A stretch of 64,000 bases of DNA. It comes from Candidatus Heimdallarchaeota archaeon. Lineage in GTDB: Archaea; Asgardarchaeota; Heimdallarchaeia; JABLTI01. The stretch spans positions 35,570-99,569 of the forward strand of contig JAHLVW010000083.1 of the NCBI GenBank assembly GCA_019058275.1. The letters are read 5' to 3'. Positions 59,905 to 64,000 of this stretch are shown here, piece after piece. How positions within the stretch are numbered: the stretch's first letter is position 1; the number at the start of each line of letters is the position of its first letter. Below the pieces are notes generated by a model. It was not told where the DNA came from, made no database searches, and saw only the letters and a list, made by a program, of their open reading frames with translations. A program made the position numbers and the translations under genes.

Positions 59905-60405
59905 TCATCTTGTGATTTTTTTCCAACATCCTTGCCCTCTATATTCGAATACACCAACTTCAATAGCATCAATATTGGCATATTTATCAAATAGAGGTCT
60001 GAGTTTTTCTGATAATAATCTTGCAAATTCCTCTACTGTAGTATTCTTTATTGGTAATAAGCAGACATCGACTTTTGGAAAAACATACCTTTTGTTTTTT
60101 GGCACAAATAAAATATCCAATTCCCCTTTATTTTCAGTAATTTGTAGATGTTTGTTATTGTTGGGGAGTAGAATCTTATGATCTAAATCTTCGATGAATT
60201 TTCTAACGAAGGGTTTCAATTCTAGAAAATCAATTACTAAATTCTTCTGCTCATCTTGGTCACCGTAAATTTGCACTTCAACAAGATAATTATGACCATG
60301 TAATCTTTCACATCCAGTATCACCTAACACAAAATGTGCAGCAGCAAACTTGAAACTTAATTCTCCTTGAACAAGACAATAACTCATAATGGTCACCAAA
60401 TACAT
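59905..60405 (-). CDS. 6-pyruvoyl-tetrahydropterin synthase family protein, PTPS-I/III motif
   Basis: FAAAHF, CERLHGHNY, DLDHK, TTVEEFA. Confidence 0.88.
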   Translation of the reverse strand: MYLVTIMSYCLVQGELSFKFAAAHFVLGDTGCERLHGHNYLVEVQIYGDQDEQKNLVIDFLELKPFVRKFIEDLDHKILLPNNNKHLQITENKGELDILFVPKNKRYVFPKVDVCLLPIKNTTVEEFARLLSEKLRPLFDKYANIDAIEVGVFEYRGQGCWKKITR

Positions 60406-60445
60406 AATGAAACTATTTTTCTGAAATTTAACTTTATTTACTTAA

Positions 60446-60706
60446 TTAGTACTTTCTTTTGATGAAATAAATATTTATCACACCGCTAGTATCTGAAAGG
60501 AAAAGCTCATGACTATTCATACGACACCATTTGGAAATATTAGTTCTAGATTTAGGATTATCGGTCATAACTTTTACAATATCTCCGATTTGAATGTCCT
60601 TCATTGTTTTCATTAAAGCTAGTCGTATTTCGAAGCACTCTTTGCCTATAAATTCAAGTACCACTGATATCTTTTCATTTGAAGACATATTATTCAATAG
60701 TATCAT
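60446..60706 (-). CDS. TusA/SirA-like sulfur carrier
   Basis: GKEC..., GDIVKVMTDNPKSRTNISKWC, YFIKR. Confidence 0.75.
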   Translation of the reverse strand: MILLNNMSSNEKISVVLEFIGKECFEIRLALMKTMKDIQIGDIVKVMTDNPKSRTNISKWCRMNSHELFLSDTSGVINIYFIKRKY

Positions 60707-60818
60707 AATTACTATTCGTTAAAAACATTTCAATAACTGACATTATTTCTGGTTGTATATTTGACTGATTTTCAAATAAGTTAAAGAAAGAAATTCTCTT
60801 TTAATTAAATGAAATAAA

Positions 60819-61886
60819 ATGGTTAAAATTCTAGGATTAGATATTGGTGGAGCAAATACTAAATATGCTTTACTTAGTGTTGAGAATAATCAATTGAAGT
60901 TATTAACTTCAGGATCAGAATATTTCCCATTTTGGAAAAAACTTCAATCATTTCCAAGCTTTTTAGCAGAGCTTAAAGAAAAACTCAAAGAATTGCATGG
61001 CAATATCACCCAAGTTGTTTTTGTAACCACTGCTGAATTGGCTGATTGTTTTCAAACTAAAAAGGAGGGTATTCAATCTATTTGTGATTCAGTCTTAGAG
61101 GTTTTCTATTCTGAACGTAGTAATATGCCCTTAATTTTAGATGTAAATGGTGATTATATTCCAGTTGATATTGCTTCAGAAAATTGGTTATCTGTTGCTG
61201 CGACAAATTGGGTTGCTTCTGCAAAGTACTTTGCAAAGGATAATGTTAACGCAATAGTTATTGATATTGGATCTACAACCACAGATATTATTCCTATATT
61301 CAATGGAGAAATTGTTGCAGAAGGGAAAAATGATTTAGAGCGTTTAATATCCAAAGAGCTGGTTTATGTAGGTCTGATAAGAACTAATGTTGTAGCAATT
61401 ATTCAAGAAATTAAGTTAAACAATAAAATTATTCCATTGGCTAGTGAATTATTTGCTACTAGTGGTGATGTTTACTTAATACTTAATATGATATCTGAAG
61501 ATGAATTTACTTCAGATACAGCTGATGGTAAGCCAGCAGATAAGAAACACGCAATGGTTAGACTTTCACACATTATTTGTGCTGATACAAATCAATTAGC
61601 GCAAGGTGAAATTATAGCAATTGCTAAACAAGTCAAAGACAAACAACTTGAACAGTTGTCAATTGCGTTAAACGTAGTAGCAGATAGATATCGTGAGAAA
61701 TATAGTATAAATCCAAAATTTGTTCTTATAGGTGCAGGTGCAACAACATTGGGTATTTCTCTTCTACGAATGAATGGTATTTATGAAGAAGTTATTGCAA
61801 ATGATATTTTAGGAGATGAGAAATTGAATGTTTTCTGTGCATTTGCTGTAGCAGCAATATACCAACAACTACATATGACAAAATAA
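60819..61886 (+). CDS. mfnF: MfnF/Orf9-like hydantoinase-family protein (methanofuran-linked)
   Basis: GLDIGGANTK, TAELADCF, AATNWVASA, DIGSTTTDIIP, SELFATSGD, TADG. Confidence 0.85.
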   Translation: MVKILGLDIGGANTKYALLSVENNQLKLLTSGSEYFPFWKKLQSFPSFLAELKEKLKELHGNITQVVFVTTAELADCFQTKKEGIQSICDSVLEVFYSERSNMPLILDVNGDYIPVDIASENWLSVAATNWVASAKYFAKDNVNAIVIDIGSTTTDIIPIFNGEIVAEGKNDLERLISKELVYVGLIRTNVVAIIQEIKLNNKIIPLASELFATSGDVYLILNMISEDEFTSDTADGKPADKKHAMVRLSHIICADTNQLAQGEIIAIAKQVKDKQLEQLSIALNVVADRYREKYSINPKFVLIGAGATTLGISLLRMNGIYEEVIANDILGDEKLNVFCAFAVAAIYQQLHMTK

Positions 61887-61907
61887 AACTCTGGTGAAAA
61901 AATAATC

Positions 61908-62585
61908 ATGAAGATCGAAAATCTAATCAAACTAGGAGGTTCAGTTACTGAAAATAGATCAGTCAAAGAATTAAAGGAATTAGGTAAATCAATCTATAAA
62001 AATTTCCAGAGTTCAAAGAATTTCGTCATTGTTCCAGGAGGAGGAGTTTTCGCAGATTTTGTAAGAAAAACTCAAGATGTTTATGGAATAGATGATGAAA
62101 GTGTTCATTGGATGGCTATACAGGCAATGGATCAAAATGCTCTTCTTTTGAGAAATTTTATACCAAATTCATATCTGATTGATTTTAACACAAGTGATTT
62201 TCCAAAAAAGGTATCCAATGATAAATTACCAATTCTTAATGTATTACAATATATGCGATTAGAAAGCACTTTAGATAAATCATGGGATACAACTAGTGAT
62301 GCAATTGCTGCTGAAATTGCATGTCAGCTAGAAGTTAAAAGATTAATATTCGTTAAAGATATTGATGGAGTTTTTGTTAAAGATAAATTTAGAAAAGAAA
62401 TTACATTAGATGAACTAGAGCAATTGGAATCAAGTCCTATTGATAAAATTACCCCAAGAATTTTATTAAATCAAAACCTAAAAGTATACATTGTAAATGG
62501 TTTATACCCCAAAAGAATAAATGAATTAATCAAAGAAAAAGAGGATACTATTGCTACAGAAATAATTTGTAAAAAAGTGGCATAA
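61908..62585 (+). CDS. mfnE: MfnE/Orf21-like amino-acid-kinase-family kinase
   Basis: IKLGGS, VPGGGVFADFVR, HWMAIQAMDQ, SWDTTSDAIA, KDIDG. Confidence 0.83.
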   Translation: MKIENLIKLGGSVTENRSVKELKELGKSIYKNFQSSKNFVIVPGGGVFADFVRKTQDVYGIDDESVHWMAIQAMDQNALLLRNFIPNSYLIDFNTSDFPKKVSNDKLPILNVLQYMRLESTLDKSWDTTSDAIAAEIACQLEVKRLIFVKDIDGVFVKDKFRKEITLDELEQLESSPIDKITPRILLNQNLKVYIVNGLYPKRINELIKEKEDTIATEIICKKVA

Positions 62586-62635
62586 TCCACAAGAATTTTA
62601 TTTAAAAGAACTATAAAAGAATAGGAGACAAAACA

Positions 62636-63367
62636 ATGAGTCAAATTGCTAGAGTGAAAACAGGGATACCCGGGTTAGATAAAATGCTGAATGGAGGATT
62701 ACCAAAAGGTAGAACTATCCTTCTTAGTGGTCCAGCTGGTGCAGGAAAAACTACTTTGGCTACACAGTTTATCTATAAAGGTGTATTAGATTATGGTGAT
62801 CCTGGAATCTATGTCACCTTTGATGAAAATCCAAAAGCAATTCGACTAAACTTTGCTAGTTATAATTGGAAACTTGAGAGTTTAGAAAAAGAAAACCTTC
62901 TAGCTCTTGTTGATGGGTTTTCAATACGTGCAGGAGTAGCTTCTAAAGAGAAATATAGTATTAGATTGGAAATTGATGATCTCCTCACAACTCTTATCGC
63001 TTTAATTGATGAGCTAGGTGCTGAGAGAGTTGTAATTGATTCTTTAACAGCTTTAGCACTTTCATTAGAAAGTGAGATACGTATAAGAAGGGAGATTCTA
63101 AAATTAAGTGCTGTTATGTCAAGTCTTAAGTGTACCACACTCGTTACAAGTGAAATGTCTCAAAGCGGTGAAATTTCTCGTTATGGTGTAGAGGAATTCA
63201 TGGCTTCTGGAGTTATAGTTCTTGATATTCAAGAAGTAAATCAGCGCTTAGTTAGAAGTATTTACATTCGCAAAATGAGAGGTATTAATCACGAACTTGT
63301 ACGTAGACCATTTGAGTTAACTCATGATGGATGTATTGCTTTATCCACAGAAACATTATTCTTGTGA
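62636..63367 (+). CDS. Single-domain KaiC/RAD55-like ATPase
   Basis: TGIPGLDKML, GPAGAGKT, VIDSL, EEFMASG, IRKMRG. Confidence 0.9.
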   Translation: MSQIARVKTGIPGLDKMLNGGLPKGRTILLSGPAGAGKTTLATQFIYKGVLDYGDPGIYVTFDENPKAIRLNFASYNWKLESLEKENLLALVDGFSIRAGVASKEKYSIRLEIDDLLTTLIALIDELGAERVVIDSLTALALSLESEIRIRREILKLSAVMSSLKCTTLVTSEMSQSGEISRYGVEEFMASGVIVLDIQEVNQRLVRSIYIRKMRGINHELVRRPFELTHDGCIALSTETLFL

Positions 63368-63454
63368 ATAAGAAAACACTTCAAATTCCATTTTTCTTTA
63401 TTTAATAAAAAGCTATTAATCTTACGATAACAAATCATAAATGAGAGAAAAAGA

Positions 63455-63652
63455 ATGTTTACTAAGGACTCGAAAGTTAAAGAAGATGACTTAGTTCTTG
63501 TTGAAACTAAACCCCTCAAAGAGAAATGTGGACATTGTGGAAATGAGCTTGTCCTAAAGTTATTCTGGACAAAAGAGGATTATCAGCAAAAGATCGAATG
63601 TGAGAAATGTGGTTTAGCAGTTTGGCGTAATATGACAAAAAGAGAATATTGA
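63455..63652 (+). CDS. Small zinc-ribbon protein
   Basis: CGHCG...CEKCG in 65 aa. Confidence 0.6.
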   Translation: MFTKDSKVKEDDLVLVETKPLKEKCGHCGNELVLKLFWTKEDYQQKIECEKCGLAVWRNMTKREY

Positions 63653-63727
63653 TTTACAACAATCAATACTCTGTTTTTAACCGTTCCTTTTTTTATGGAC
63701 AATTATTCCAACACTGATTGAAAAAGT

Positions 63728-64000
63728 TTATCCATACCCAGTCACCGCAACAAGTCCATTGGTACGGTTCATCTCTGGTCCTCCGCTAGGAACAGTTGAG
63801 CGGAGGGTCCCCATCTCCTGATAGGGGATGGGGTTGATGTCTTTGAGACTTTTACTTTGTTTATAATCTATGAAGCTTGCTCGATAAATGTTTATTGCAG
63901 CGATATAATCTCTATCTGCTGAGAAGCCACAGTTTGGGCAATGAAACCAGCGACCTCTTGTAGTAGGAATAAGATTGTTTGGTCCGAGCACCTTTTGTCC
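63728..64000 (-). mobile_element. tnpB: 3' end of an IS200/IS605-family tnpB (partial, open to the window edge)
   Basis: FHCPNCGFSADRDYIAAINI (Zn ribbon plus RuvC-III motif); locally more GC-rich. Confidence 0.85.

Noticed and set aside
62636-63367. Circadian clock KaiC
   Set aside because: Single domain with no kaiA/kaiB; this is a common archaeal KaiC-like ATPase
894-63519. Many short ORFs antisense to or nested in long genes (e.g. 894-1136, 8250-8498, 34649-35017, 46274-46690, 57785-58171)
   Set aside because: They overlap well-supported genes and have no recognisable motifs, so they are treated as shadow ORFs

Overview
AT-rich archaeal chromosomal window, probably from an Asgard (Heimdallarchaeia-like) lineage; this is inferred from gene content, not from a search. 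It has three zones. (1) 1-10.4 kb holds housekeeping and surface genes: a partial helical-repeat protein, MetAP2 with a long Lys/Thr-rich N-tail, a glycosylated surface protein, and mutL/mutS split by a NIPA-like transporter. (2) ~10.7-42 kb is a partly decaying accessory, detox-type region: GNATs, two beta-lactamase-family hydrolases, GyrI-like, SRPBCC, DinB, GrpB, three terpene-cyclase-fold proteins and a PadR-ABC exporter, with several nonsense or frameshift lesions. (3) 42-64 kb holds archaeal cofactor and tRNA genes (arcS-raSEA-DUF366-queD-cofE-nth; mptE, a PTPS, mfnE/mfnF-like, DUF447) and ends in a partial tnpB. The best candidate for an undescribed system is a two-gene module present twice (22439-20728 and 32730-30986). 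In it, a Cys-rich V4R/DUF6144-like protein and a helix-hairpin-helix DUF4332-like protein both carry the same N-terminal integrase core-binding (SAM-like) domain, with no recombinase catalytic domain. One copy is divergent from a radical SAM enzyme with a PIP-box match and a PolX-like C-terminal domain. Other highlights are an apparently inactive NSUN6-like protein and a CExxHGH dual-type PTPS beside mptE. I saw no rRNA, tRNA or CRISPR array. All family assignments come from motif recognition by eye.
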